Source: Chrysomallon squamiferum
Lineage: Eukaryota; Animalia; Mollusca
DNA: 64,000 bases
NCBI GenBank assembly: GCA_012295275.1
Contig: CM022674.1
Span: 2,480,001 to 2,544,000 of the forward strand
Reading direction: 5' to 3'
The notes under the pieces are model-generated. The model was given only the letters and a program-made list of their open reading frames with translations. It was not told the DNA's origin and searched no databases. Positions 1 to 14,617 of the stretch are shown here, piece by piece; position 1 is the stretch's first letter; each line of letters opens with the position of its first letter. A program made the position numbers and the translations under genes.

Positions 1-15
1 CAGCAGTAGTACTAC

Positions 16-67
<52 letters not shown>

Positions 68-838
68 TGTAGTAGTAATAGTAGTAGCAACAACATTGTC
101 ATCCGTAATTGCTAATACAGCTTAATTGATTCTGTTGACCGTTTTTTTTTCTTTGTTTTTTTCTTTCTTTTTATTCAGGCTTTTTCCGTTTCATATTATC
201 TTGTTTTTCTTAAACTCTTGCTCTCCACATTATACTTTCTGAATTACTATTCATGTTTCTCTTTTTCCTATCTCACCTTCGTCCCTTCATAATCTCATAT
301 TACTGGTATTAAATTACACACAGGCGCCAGATTTAGAAAAAACACACACATCTAGAACAATAATAACACGCTGTAAAAACTAATAAACAAGAGTGATATA
401 AAATAAATAAAAATATAGATACAAGCATAATCAAACGCGTTCTTTCAGTCCTCAGTGTTTGCAGTATCTGAAGTAAAATTCGTTTCAAACAAAGATCCAC
501 ACATCTAAACCGACAGTGAAAAATATGATCTTAAAGTTCAGGCTATGATCTATGAGATTACGGATACGGTCACTGTAAAATCAATGACGGTAAAGACAGT
601 TATTTAACTAATTGGAAGAGTTATGTAACAGAATGTGTATAATTCGATTCTACGAGCATCTGATATCAGTGTTTATATTTCAGTGTCTCTGTACTGCGAT
701 GCAAAAAGGATTTAGTGTTTGAAATCGCTGCAAATTAGCAAATAAAAAATAAAAGGAAAGAAAATATCAACGTAGTGATAATAAGAATAACAGAAAGAAA
801 ACAGCAACTACCATGATATTAGTATTAATGTTAATAAT

Positions 839-904
<66 letters not shown>

Positions 905-1998
905 TAATAACTTATAAATATAATATTATCAACAATAGCAGCACAACAACAACAACAACAGCAACAATAATAATAAGTAATAGTATGTGGAAGAAGAAGA
1001 AGAAGAAGAAGAAAAAGAAGAAGAAAAACAACGACAATAACGATGTCAATGAAAACAGCAAAACAAAGATATTACTCGAGCCTGGAGGGAAAGTGTGAAA
1101 AAGAAACGGAGCCAAGAATAGCGAGTACGTGGATAATTGTTAACATTTTACCTTGCAGACCACTACACACACACACACACACACACATACACACAACACA
1201 CACACATACACATATATACACATATACATTCATATACATACACAACACACCCATATACATTCACACATATACATTCACACAAGCTCACTCAAACAAACAC
1301 AACACTCATTTACACACATACATACACATGCATACATGTACACACATATTAACACATATGCACACATAAATTATATAGTATGTTCACACTCTGTCACACA
1401 CACACACACACATAAACACACATATTTACATACATACAGTTACGCTTATAGTTACACATACATGCGCATGCACGATAAAATATAAACATACACACACACA
1501 TGCATACATACATACATACATACATACATACATACATACATACATACATACATACATACATCCATACATTAACATACATACATAAATCTGGCACGCGAGT
1601 GCTAATATAATTACAGAGAGAGACACAAGATACGTGCACACTCGTGAAACCCGAATGAAACGAGTTCACAAAATCAATTCACTTTTCACTGTCAGATTCA
1701 TCAAGTTATTCGCACTAAACGAGCAAACAGCCGCCGTAGAATCATAAAAATAATAATAATAATAATCTACTCCTCTTTCCCCCGCCCCCATCCCCACCCC
1801 AGGGACACGTTCCTGCAGACTCCAGGGCCGTAACAAAGACCGGAATGGCATCGCTTGTCCGAAAGTGAACACTGATTTCATTTTCTTTTTCTCTGGATCG
1901 TTCTTTCTACGTCTGCTCTTTCTTCTTCGCCAGCAGACAGCATCCACAGACAAACGATTTCTTCAGAGTCTGTTTCCTCACACACACACACACACACA

Positions 1999-2049
<51 letters not shown>

Positions 2050-2316
2050 CACAATTTATGACGAACCAAGCGCTGAACAAGGCTTCAGATGGCTTTTCTG
2101 GATTCCATGCAAAAAGTTCAGGGAAGAGTTTTGAGAGATTGAGTGCTGTTATTATTAGTATTGATTGGTAATAAACAAAATTAACTGTAAATCGTGAGTA
2201 TATTTTTTTTTTTTTGTATTCTGTATAGTTTGTGAAGGAAAAAATGTACACTCACGTGAATATCACGTGTACGCATATATGCGTCCGTACGTATTATATA
2301 TATGTAAGTACATATG

Positions 2317-2324
<8 letters not shown>

Positions 2325-2393
<69 letters not shown>

Positions 2394-2588
2394 ACACCCA
2401 CAACACACCCACAACACACACACACACAACACACACACACACACACACACTCACACACCCACCCACACACACACACATACCGACACACACACACACACAT
2501 ACACACACACACCCTCCCCACCCACACACACACACACCCACACACACACACACACCTACACACATACCCACCCACACACATACACACA
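2325..2588. repeat. Compound (CA)n microsatellite, representative of dozens of CA, AG/CT, AAT, TAG, ATAG/ACAG and TA tracts in the window
   Basis: Direct reading. Other long tracts include (AG)n 3529-3720, (CT)n 12526-12670, (CT)n 53669-53884 and (GA)n 58065-58279. Confidence 0.97.
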
Positions 2589-2728
2589 TAAGCAGGGACT
2601 ATTGTAAATTACTTATAAACGGATGTACTTTTCTTTTGACGACTCCATACTGAGTTCTCAACATTTTAAAATATGTTCATTTTTTAAACTTTGTAGGAGA
2701 TGAAAGATACAGATATTTTCTCCATAGA

Positions 2729-2771
<43 letters not shown>

Positions 2772-3524
2772 TAATAAACAATCACAACCAGAATAATAAT
2801 AGTTACAATAACAACAATAATAATGATGATGATGTTGATAAATAAATAAATTTAAAAAAAACAACAACAAAAAACAAAAAAAACAAAAAATAAAAATAAA
2901 ATAAAAACAAAAATGAAAAATAAAAATAATAATAAAAAATAACAACAACAAACAAAAACAAAACAAACAAAAGAACCCCCAGAAACCAAAAACAAAACCA
3001 AAACAAAACAAATTAAAATAAACATTTCTTATACAATGTCTCGCGACTCTCAAGTACAGTCCGACCCGTCAAAAACAAATCAGTTTTGACCTCCAGACTG
3101 CGTTAATGTTTTAACAATGAGATGTCGTCTTTTCAAAGACAGCGCTGACGTTAACGTTGAAAACAAACAAAAAAAAACGAAACAGACTGAAATCGTCTTT
3201 TTGTATGAAGTCAGCGAAGCGTTCAGATATCAAATAATCACATAAAGAAATACTTAGAAGAGCAAGCAATAAATCACAAATCAATTTCCTCGCGTATCTC
3301 ATAACAAGTTGTTGCGTCATCTTGAAATAATATATTTGTAAAGCTGAAATATCACTGGGTCTGTTGTCGAAGACTGATTAATTGAACGCGAGGATAACAA
3401 ATGCACTACGTTCGAGTTGTAGCTGTAGAGATTTTCGTGAGTGCGTGTGTATGTGAGTGTCTGTGCACGCGTTCATTTCGATAAATACACAGACAAGCAT
3501 ATTGAAACAGAGATATGGGGGAAC

Positions 3525-3599
<75 letters not shown>

Positions 3600-3609
3600 T
3601 ACAGATACT

Positions 3610-3693
<84 letters not shown>

Positions 3694-4231
3694 TAGAAAG
3701 AGAGCGAGACAGAGAGAGAGAGCGAAAATGATGAGAAAAAAAAAGAAAAGACAAAACTGAAGAAAACCAAATTATATGTACGTAATGAACGACTGAATGA
3801 ACACAAACTACAGTGAACAGAACAAACAGACACACAGACACACAGCAACTTTGAAACCGGCGCTTTTCACACAACAACCTAAATTAGTCTGCGTTCTCAA
3901 AGCTCAGATTCCACTCAGTTCTGCCAATCTGTCATTTTCCGATGTTTGCAGTTGAAAAACGAAACGCCGTTTATTGCCTTAGGTGAGACCAATCGATAAA
4001 GTAGGAAGACCGAACTTGTAGGAACTTATTTTCCTCCGCCTTTTGTTCCTGCTCCAGTCCCTAAAGATCGTGTAATTAGAGTCTAACAACTTAATATGAG
4101 GAACTACATTACAGAATCACCGGCCTGAACTCCAGTGTCTGTGATGTGTTGTGATAAACTTTCGTAACGAAAGATTGGGCGAGTCTGTATTCTAGCATTA
4201 AATGTTATATAGAGCAATAACAACAGATGAA

Positions 4232-4314
<83 letters not shown>

Positions 4315-5072
4315 GGATAAATAAAAGAATAAATAAATGAATAAAATTAATGCGTACAAAAAAATAAAAAAAAAATAAATAAATAAATAAATAAATTAGT
4401 GAACAAACAAACAAACAAACAAATAGTCAAACAGACAAACAAACAAATAAATAAATAAATGCGTTCAAAACGCCTCTGTCAGATGACTGACTGTTCAAGC
4501 ACGCCTGCCGTGAACACAGCTTCTTATTCGTTACAGAAATCTGCTAATGGCAAGGATAACGAAACCATATGAAAACGGTTTAAAGGCAAGCTACAGAGAG
4601 GGACTACAACCCACTATGTTGAACACTGAGGCAAATACAAATTAAAATGAAGAGCCTACTGAAACGGAATTCACTCGGTAAAATGAAGCTTTCAAAATGA
4701 GAAAACATTAGAAATGATGAAACGGAGAAAAAAGCCCGCCAGGGAAATCTAGAAAAGAAGAAAAAAAAAATCCTTTTGTGCCACATTTTATATTATTATT
4801 ATTATTATTATTATTATCATCATCATCATCATCATCATCATACTTTTATTATTCTATCAAAAAACCGTGTTAACTTTATTTACATGCTTTCAAATCAAAT
4901 TAATTTAACATAATGCACATTACTACTACTACTACTATTGCTGCTGCTACTATTATTACTACTACAACAATGGTAACAACGACTACGACATTAGTGTAAC
5001 ATTAATGTTTGGAGAAGCTTGCGAGATAATAATAATAATAACAACAACAACAACAAGAACAACAACAGCTAT

Positions 5073-5105
<33 letters not shown>

Positions 5106-5279
5106 TCTTACCATATTTAAAGATTTCCTGTGAAAAATCAGTCATTATGAATGGCCATAGAGGTAGAGCGTTACCATAGACATCCATTATGACGTCATAA
5201 TCATTCTACGTTTCAGTATTTATAGGCATGCTGCATATTTTAGGTATTATATTATTTAGTAGCCATCTTATTACTGTTA

Positions 5280-5353
<74 letters not shown>

Positions 5354-6258
5354 TGTTATTATTGTTGTTGTTGTCGTTATTATTATTATCTCGCAAGGTT
5401 CTCCAAATGTTGTTGTTGTTATCGATGCTGCTACTGTTCTTAATGTTTGTTGTTGTTGCTATTGTTGTTGTTGCTGCTATTGTTGTTGTTGTCATTATCG
5501 ATGTTACTACTGTTCTTAACGTTGTCCCATTTATGCTTGATTATTTCTGTTCTTACCAACACCATCGTCATCATCATCCTCATCATCATTATTTTCTTAC
5601 ACCTACACCATTTCTCTTAATACCTTCTAAACAACGTTCCGAATATCATCTTCATTTTCCCAAAATATACATTTACAATGACATTTCAATGAAAATTCCT
5701 CATTAAACTTTTAACTCCGGTATTTCATTGCACCATAATCGGATTCTGCCATATGAACGATCCTTTTTAAAACATTAAGCACCGAAATCAATGCTCTAAC
5801 TGAATCAGAGACCTATACCTTTTCTCAATTATAACAGTGGTAATTTCCTGTGACATATGAGTAAGGGACACGGAATTCAATAAAGACGATATGAGAGAAA
5901 CAATATTTCGCGAGTTCTGTAGACTATAACGTTTTCTTTGGTCGGCGTTTCTCCATTCTTAAGGCCATAATGTTTTCTTGCTCTGGCGTCTGGGGGCTGA
6001 AATTTATTTTATTTCTTCCGATACGTTGGTGTTAATAAACACATCAGAGATTTTTATTGTCTCAAGATGAAAATAGTAATTTATTTTTTGATAGATATGT
6101 AGGGAAAAAAAAAAGTGGAATGAGACCGGTGGTTTTACATTATTATTGTTGTTGTTGTTGTTGTTGTTGTTTTTAATCGTTATTATTATTTTTTTTATTG
6201 TTGTTGTTATTTATTTTGTTGTTGTCATTGTTGTTATTTTTCTTAGTGTTACTGTTCT

Positions 6259-6370
<112 letters not shown>

Positions 6371-6865
6371 CTTTCTCTCTCTCTCTCTCTATCCCCTCTT
6401 CCCTCATGCCTACCCCTCTCTCCTTCTCTCTCTCTATCGCTCTTTCTCCCTCATGCCTCCCTCTCTCTCCTCCCCGCTCCCCCCTCTCTGCATTACCCCT
6501 CCCCCGTTTCTCTTTCTCTACCCCTTTGGAATTACAATATTCATTGATTTAATATTTTATTATTTCTCCTTAGAATAAGAATGCTAATCGATAAACATTT
6601 CACTAGCTATGGTTAAATATTACAGTTATTTTTTTAATGTAGATCGAAAAGTCATTAACCGATGAACATTTCATTATTATCACATAACATAAAAGGCAAC
6701 GTGTCAGTGAAATGTATTGATTAAAGATACAAAATATATGCTAATTATAAGTAAATGGAAATGAAATAATTAACGATCACAGAAAGTGTCTAGTGAAATG
6801 TAGTTAGCCAGTTTTATTTACTTGGAAACAAATCCAGTACAATATGCCTTTGGGAGAGGAGTTAT

Positions 6866-8660
6866 TATAGTATAGTATAGTGTAGTGTAGTGTAGTGTAG
6901 TGTGGTGTAGTATAGTGTAGTATAGTATAGTGTGGTGTAGTATAGTATAGTATAGTATAGTGTAGTGTAGTGTAGTGTAGTGTAGTATAGTGTAGTATAG
7001 TATAGTGTAGTGTAGTGTAGTGTAGTGTAGTGTAGTGTAGTGTAGTGTAGTATAGTGTAGTATAGTATAGTGTAGTATAGTGTAGTGTAGTGTAGTGTAG
7101 TGTAGTATAGTGTAGTGTAGTGTAGTATAGTGTAGTGTAGTGTAGTATAGTATAGTGTAGTGTAGTATAGTGTAGTGTAGTGTAGTGTAGTGTAGTGTAG
7201 TGTAGTGTAGTGTAGTATAGTATAGTGTAGTGTAGTATAGTGTAGTATAGTGTAGTGTAGTGTAGTGTAGTGTAGTATAGTGTAGTGTAGTGTAGTGTAG
7301 TGTAGTGTAGTGTAGTGTAGTGTAGTGTAGTGTAGTGTAGTGTAGTGTAGTGTAGTGTAGTATAGTGTAGTATAGTGTAGTGTGAGTATAGTGTAGTATA
7401 GTAGTGTAGTGTAGTGTAGTATAGTGTAGTGTGAGTGTAGTGTGTAGTGTAGTGTAGTGTAGTGTAGTGTAGTGTAGTGTAGTGTAGTGTAGTGTAGTGT
7501 AGTGTAGTATAGTTGTAGTGTAGTGTAGTATAGTGTAGTGTAGTGTAGTGTAGTGTAGTGTAGTGTAGTATAGTGTAGTGTAGTGTAGTATAGTATAGTA
7601 TAGTGTAGTGTAGTATAGTGTAGTATAGTGTAGTGTAGTGTAGTGTAGTGTAGTATAGTGTAGTGTAGTGTAGTATAGTATAGTGTGGTGTAGTGTAGTA
7701 TAGTGTAGTGTAGTGTAGTATAGTATAGTGTAGTGTAGTGTAGTGTAGTGTAGTGTAGTGTAGTGTAGTGTAGTGTAGTGTAGTGTAGTGTAGTGTAGTG
7801 TAGTGTAGTGTAGTGTAGTATAGTATAGTATAGTATAGTATAGTGTAGTGTAGTGTAGTGTAGTGTAGTGTGGTGTGGTGTAGTGTAGTGTGGTGTAGTG
7901 TAGTGTAGTGTGGTGTGGTGTAGTGTGGTGTGGTGTGGTGTAGTGTAGTGTAGTGTAGTGTAGTGTAGTGTAGTGTAGTGTAGTGTAGTGTAGTGTAGTG
8001 TAGTGTAGTGTAGTGTAGTGTAGTATAGTATAGTGTAGTATAGTATAGTGTAGTATAGTATAGTATAGTATAGTATAGTGTAGTGTAGTATAGTGTAGTG
8101 TAGTGTAGTGTAGTGTAGTGTAGTGTAGTGTAGTGTAGTGTAGTGTAGTATAGTATAGTATAGTATAGTATAGTGTAGTATAGTATAGTGTAGTGTAGTG
8201 TAGTGTAGTGTAGTATGTAGTGTAGTGTAGTGTAGTGTAGTATAGTATAGTGTGGTGTGGTGTAGTGTATAGTGTAGTGTAGTGTAGTATAGTGTATAGT
8301 ATAGTGTAGTGTAGTATAGTGTAGTGTAGTGTAGTGTGTAGTGTAGTGTAGTGTAGTATAGTATAGTATAGTATAGTATAGTGTAGTGTAGTGTAGTATA
8401 GTGTAGTATAGTGTATAGTGTAGTATAGTATAGTGTAGTGTAGTGTAGTGTAGTGTAGTGTAGCATAGTGTAGTGTAGTGTAGTATAGTATAGTGTGGTG
8501 TGGTGTAGTATAGTATAGTGTAGTGTAGTATAGTATAGTGTAGTGTAGTGTAGTGTAGTGTAATGTAGTGTAGAATAGTGTAGTGTAGAATAGCATATCA
8601 TAGCATAGTATACTTTAGTAAAGTATATCATAGTATAGTATAGTATAGTACAGTATAGTG
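6866..8660. repeat. Pentanucleotide satellite (TAGTG/TAGTA)n, ~1.8 kb, decaying at its right end
   Basis: Continuous 5-bp period mixing TAGTG, TAGTA and occasional TGGTG units; degenerate to ~8850, then (TAG)n at ~8945-9026. Confidence 0.97.
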
Positions 8661-8974
8661 TAGTACAGTAATATTACAGCATAGTATAATATAATATAGG
8701 ATAGTTAAGTACAGTGTAGTATAGAATAGTTTAGTGTAATGTTAACATCGTAGCAATATAATAGTGATATCAGTAGTAGTAGCAGTAGTGATAATATGGC
8801 GTAGTATCGTATAGTACAATATAGTATAGTAAAGCATAGTATAGTAGTAATAGTAGCAGCAGTAGTAATAAAACATTAGTAAACGTGTAGCAGTTATAGT
8901 GACAGCGATAGTAGTTGTATTAGTATGAGTAGAAGTGGTAGTGGTAATAGTAGTAATAGTAGTAGTAGTAGTGA

Positions 8975-9026
<52 letters not shown>

Positions 9027-10094
9027 CTGTTCCTTATTACTTAATCTTTATTTTTTCAAATATAAAAAAACAAATAAAAAAAAAATTTAACTCCAAAAAA
9101 AAAAAAAAATTCTAACACTGACCTTTAATAAGTCCAAAATTTCTTTTTACCCCAAATTTTGATTTCATTTTTCAATATTTCTTTCCTTCTATTCTTTTTG
9201 TGATTTTTTTGAAAAAAAAAAAAAATTAATTTGTTTTTTTTTATTTATTTTATTTTAAGAGTGCTTCTCTCTTAAGTGTAAACACGATGAGGAATTAAGA
9301 GAAACAAATATTTAATTTCTCGAGTGTTTGTTTGGCAGAGTGTTTCCGACAGAAATGGCTTTTCAAATCTTTCAGTGAATGGAAATTAGAAAGAAAATAA
9401 GAAGCTTTAAATCTGTGCGCTGGTTACGACAGAAATAAGAAAAAAAAAAGAGAAAGAAAGAAAGAAAACAAAAATAATTTTAAGGTGTTTGAAATAAATT
9501 TGTCAATAACCGTTCATTTGTCTTCATTTACTTTCATTTTTTTTTTTTTTTTAAATTACTTTTTATTTTTTTTATTTTTTTTTCTTCTCTTTTTTTTTTC
9601 TTTATCTTTTTCTTTTATGAAAAGGATGTCTTAATTCATTTTTTTTTTTTTTTTTTTTTTACATTTCTTTTTATTATTATTATTTTCTTTTTCAAAATAA
9701 AAACTTTTTATTTGTAATAATTATTATAGCTATTGTTATTAATATCATATATGTAGTAGTAGTAGCTGTTGTTGTTGTGTAGTAGCTGCAGTAGCAGTAT
9801 ATGTTTCAATAACAGTGGTAATAACAATAATACTAGAAGCAATAACAGATGAAAAAAGTAGAAGCATTTTTTTGCTTTCTTCATTATTAAAATGTCAACA
9901 GCAGAGGTATCAGCAATAGTACTAGCTTTAACAGTGATACTTTCAGTAAAGATGTAGTAGTAGCAGCAGTTGCAATAGTAGTAACAGTAGTAGATGTAGT
10001 AGTCGTGGGTGCCGCTGCATTAGTAGTAATAGCAATACTAATAGAAGAACCAGCAGCGTAAGCAGCAATTTGTAGTAGTAGTAGTAGCAGTAGC

Positions 10095-10130
<36 letters not shown>

Positions 10131-10782
10131 TGTAGTAGTAGTAGAAGTACTAACAGTAATTGTTGTAGTAGTAGTAGTATGGGCAGGAAGAGGTGCAGGA
10201 AAAGTAGTGGTAGTAGTCGTAACAGTGGTGGTGGTGGTGGTGGTAGTAGCAACATCAGCAGTAACACTAGTAGTAGTAATAGTAATAGTAGTTGTAGTAG
10301 TACTAGTAGTAGCAGCAGCAGTAATAGTAGTTATAGTAGTAGCAGTAATAGTAGTAGTGGTAGCAGCAGTAAAGGTAGTAGTAGTAGGATTAGTAATGGT
10401 TGTAGTAGATGTAGTAATAGTAATAGTAGTAGCAGCAGCAGCAGGAGTAGTAGTAGTAGTAGTAGTAGTAGTACTAGTAGTAACAGTAGTATAATTATTG
10501 CTATTACTGTTGTATTTATTTATTAATATCTCTGACATTTAAGAAAACAAATCTCCATGAAATCTACATACTTATAATTCATTATTTTATAATTATGTCA
10601 TTCCTGTACACAGTCATCTGGTTCCATTACAAGCTTACAAAATGAATAAAAGATGTGATCACCCAAGTTCAAAAATACATCAGTCTGTGTCCATTTTCAA
10701 AAAATGTTATTTTTGTATTGTCAAAATATGTCACAATGTGTTTCTAATAAGGATGTTTATATCAACGCGACCCTATATATAT

Positions 10783-10817
<35 letters not shown>

Positions 10818-10986
10818 GCAGACAACAGACTAATTTATTTTTAAATATCTGTAATGAAATGTCTTCATTAATTTGCTAACCTTGTGTTTATATGTAGAAT
10901 GAAAAATGAAAAGTTAAAAATATAACGGAAGCATCCATTCTCAGTTGATTCCGTCGTCTCCGGAAAAATGTACAATAATAAAATCG

Positions 10987-11560
10987 TCTGCATGCCTGTC
11001 TGTGTCTGTTCTTTCTGTCTGACGTCTGTCTATCTATCTATCTGTCTGCATGTCTGTCTGCCTGTCTGTTCTTTCTGTCTGACGTCTGTCTATCTATCTA
11101 TCTGTCTGCATGTCTGTCTGTGTCTGTTCTTTCTGTCTGACGTCTGTCTATCTATCTATCTGTCTGCTTGTCTGTCTGCCTGTCTATTCTTTCTGTCTGA
11201 CGTCTGTCTATCTATCTATCTGTCTGCATGTCTGTCTGCCTGTCTGTTCTTTCTGTCTATCTATCTATCTGTCTGCATGTCTGTCTGCCTCTGTTCTTTC
11301 CTCTTCCATTTTATCCTTGCCTGTCTGTTCTTTCTTCTATCTATCTATCTGATCTGTCTGCCTCCTGTCTGACGTCTGTCTATATCTGCATGTCTGTCTG
11401 TGTCTGTTCTTTCTGTCTGACGTCTGTCTATCTATCTATCTGTCTGCATGTCTGTCTGCCTGTCTGTTCTTTCTGTCTGACGTCTGTCTATCTATCTATC
11501 TGTCTGCATGTCTGTCTGCCTGTCTGTCTGTGTCTGTCTGCCTGTCTGTCTGTCTGTCCT
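10987..11560. repeat. 58-60 bp minisatellite built from TCTG/TCTA microsatellite motifs with a TGACGTC core
   Basis: Unit TGTCTGTTCTTTCTGTCTGACGTCTGTCTATCTATCTATCTGTCTGCATGTCTGTCTGCC; TGACGTC recurs at 11020, 11080, 11138, 11198, 11370, 11418 and 11478. Confidence 0.93.
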
Positions 11561-11613
11561 ATCATCCTCTTCCATTTTATCCTTTCATATCTTGTCTCCT
11601 AAACGGGAATATA

Positions 11614-11649
<36 letters not shown>

Positions 11650-12498
11650 TCTGTGTGTCTGTCTATCGTCTGTCTGTCTGTCTGTCTGTCTGTGTGTCTG
11701 CCTATTGTCTGTCTATCGGTCTATCTGTCTGTCTGTCTATCTGTCTATTTATCTATCTATATATGTGTGTCTATCTATCTGTCTGTCTGTATGTATGTCT
11801 GTCTATCTGTCTCTGTCCGTCTGTCTGTCTATCTGTCTCTATGTATGTCTGTCTCTCTGTCTATCTATCTATGTATGTGTGTGTGTGCTTATCTATCTAT
11901 CTATCTTTCTATATATAAGTATATATCTATTTAAACTGTTTTTCTCTGATAGGACATTTTTTTTTTTTTTTTTTTTTTTTTTTGTTTGCTGAGACAAATA
12001 ACTAAATCAGAATTAATCCCACCGCCAAGAAGTTCACTAATGTACACGCTGGGAGATAATTTCATATCTTTAACGACTGCTGGCATGATTAGCGATTTGG
12101 TAACAGAAAATACATTCCGATACCCAAGACACTGCAATTAAATGCGCCTTAGCTTAACAGATGCAGCATTCAGGCGCCGCTATTTTCAATATATGTACAT
12201 GTCTGAAAGGGTCACATCAGCTGTCAATAACAGAACGAATTATTATTATTTTATTTTTTATTTTTTTTTTTTTGATTCTCTTATTATTAAGTTTCTTAAA
12301 TTAAAAATTAGGCTCACACTGTGTTGGATGCATGCAGATTGACATTACAATTTTTTTTTTTTTTTTTTTTGGCAGTAGTGATGATTTATGTTAGTGGTAG
12401 TAATTGCCCGTCGTTGAGGTGGTATCTGTTGTGGTGGTGGAGGTTGTTTGTGGCCGTTGTGGTTGTTGTTGTTCTTACATTTTCTGAGTTTCTCGAAC

Positions 12499-12673
<175 letters not shown>

Positions 12674-12887
12674 TAAAGAGGAATATTCCTCAAATGAAAC
12701 AGAACACCAGGTCAATCGTTCTCGACGCATACGTTGGGTTAACTGTAGCTCCAAGATTAGATTCTTGTTTACACAACTTTGACAACGTGTTTGTGTGTGT
12801 GTTATAAACATGTAGCTGTACTTGAAACAAACATTTGTCATTTCATACTCCGCAACACAAAAATAATAACAATAATAGCATTAAATA

Positions 12888-12988
<101 letters not shown>

Positions 12989-13521
12989 AATCAGAAGAAA
13001 ACGATCATGTTTTGACAGCTGCGTCTTAGTCTATCAATTAATGTGTGAATGACCTAAGAGTCTTAAAACAAACAATAATTCGATCGATTTAAATAATCAT
13101 TATTTTTGTCTACACTAACTCGCTGGATGTTTTCAGTGACTATATAGAACTGAGTGTAGGCGTTTTGCTTGAAGATTGCTCCAGAAAAAGAAGGATTTTT
13201 GTTTTGTTTTTAATCCAAATTTATCTTCTTACGGAGAAATCGATAAAGCGAGCATTTGTACAAAATTACTCAAGCCTTTCCACAAGTTTCTGCCATTCGA
13301 CTTACGTTCTTAATGGAATTGCATTGCTCTAATGTTTTATGCATTTGCTTACGCTCCCAATTTTTGTTGTTGTCTGTTTCCTAATACCTTTCGTTTTCTT
13401 TTATTCTAGTATCTCTGTTACAATATTTCTAATTGCTCTGTATGTGTGTTTGTCTCTCCATCTAGCATTCACCGTTCTCGATCAAACCGTTCATTCGTTG
13501 TTTCATCTATCCATCCATCCG

Positions 13522-13622
<101 letters not shown>

Positions 13623-14098
13623 TTGTTCCATTATCTCTCTGTTTATCTAGTTATCTATCTATCTCTTTCTCTGTCTGTCTATCTCTTCGTCTTCCTGTGT
13701 GTGTCCATCGATCTATCTGTGCGTCTGTCTGTATCTATTTATTTATTTATTTATCTATGCGTGTATTAATTAACCTATCTATATACCTATCCACATACAA
13801 CATACACGAACATACATTATATACAAAACACACACACACACACACGTACCAATTCATACTTACAAAACATTTTTTATTTTATTTTTTTATCTACATTACC
13901 CAATCTCATAACACCACCACCACCGTCACCCCCTGTCTCTACCCCCCTCCAGCCCTTCCCCCTGCCCCTTCCCCTCCCTCCTTCTCGCTGTCTGGCTGTA
14001 TCTGTTTATCAAACATCCGACTTATCCTACGGGAAACTGACTGACACACGTTTTTAAACAGAATGCGCCGATCTCTCGCTCTCCGATCTCACAACAGT

Positions 14099-14189
<91 letters not shown>

Positions 14190-14194
<5 letters not shown>

Positions 14195-14420
14195 CCGATC
14201 GTTCCACGATAATCGATATGACGCGGTTCCTAGGACTGGCTCTTCCACGCACGAGCTCTCAGTCTCAGTGTCAGTCTCAGTATCTGATTGGTCACCTCAG
14301 AACGGCCATTGACTCCGAAACCTCGAAACAGTCGGCTCGCTGTCACTGGGAATTTCATTGGCTATTCGACGCACCGTGCCGTTTATGTTACTGCGACGAG
14401 TATTCAAACTTTCAAGTCGT
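14190..14420 (+). promoter_or_regulatory. Candidate promoter of the GPCR gene (CpG-rich patch with two inverted CCAAT boxes)
   Basis: Locally GC/CpG-rich unique sequence after a (GA)n tract; ATTGG at ~14287 and ~14357; TGACG half-site at ~14219; strong donor GA|GTAAGT downstream at 14618. Inference only. Confidence 0.3.
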
Positions 14421-14617
14421 CGTCTTCTGTTTGTTTTTTGTTTGTTTTTTTGTTTTTTTGTTTTATTTTCTCTCTCTTTTATTTTTACCTCTTATTCTTC
14501 TGATTCTTCTTCGTCGTAGTGGTTTTAACTCTGTGATTTCTGGATGTATCGAGGAAAACGAGAGTGTTGAATTCAGTTGACTGTGAAACATTGCGGTTTA
14601 ACGATTCGTGGATTAGA

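Noticed and set aside
5153-5176. tRNA A-box-like TGGCCATAGAGGTAGAGCG
   Set aside because: No B-box or cloverleaf downstream.
6818-8631. 592-aa and 588-aa HYTTL-repeat ORFs
   Set aside because: Pure translation of the pentamer satellite; the same peptide appears in several frames, with no unique coding sequence.
6866-8640. (CACTA)n as CACTA/EnSpm transposon ends or a telomeric repeat
   Set aside because: Tandem rather than terminal-inverted, with no TSD; the unit is neither TTAGG nor TTAGGG.
9887-10538. Mucin-like Thr-rich or Ser-rich ORFs
   Set aside because: Degenerate (TAG/CAG/TGG)n trinucleotide tract; no splice or codon evidence.
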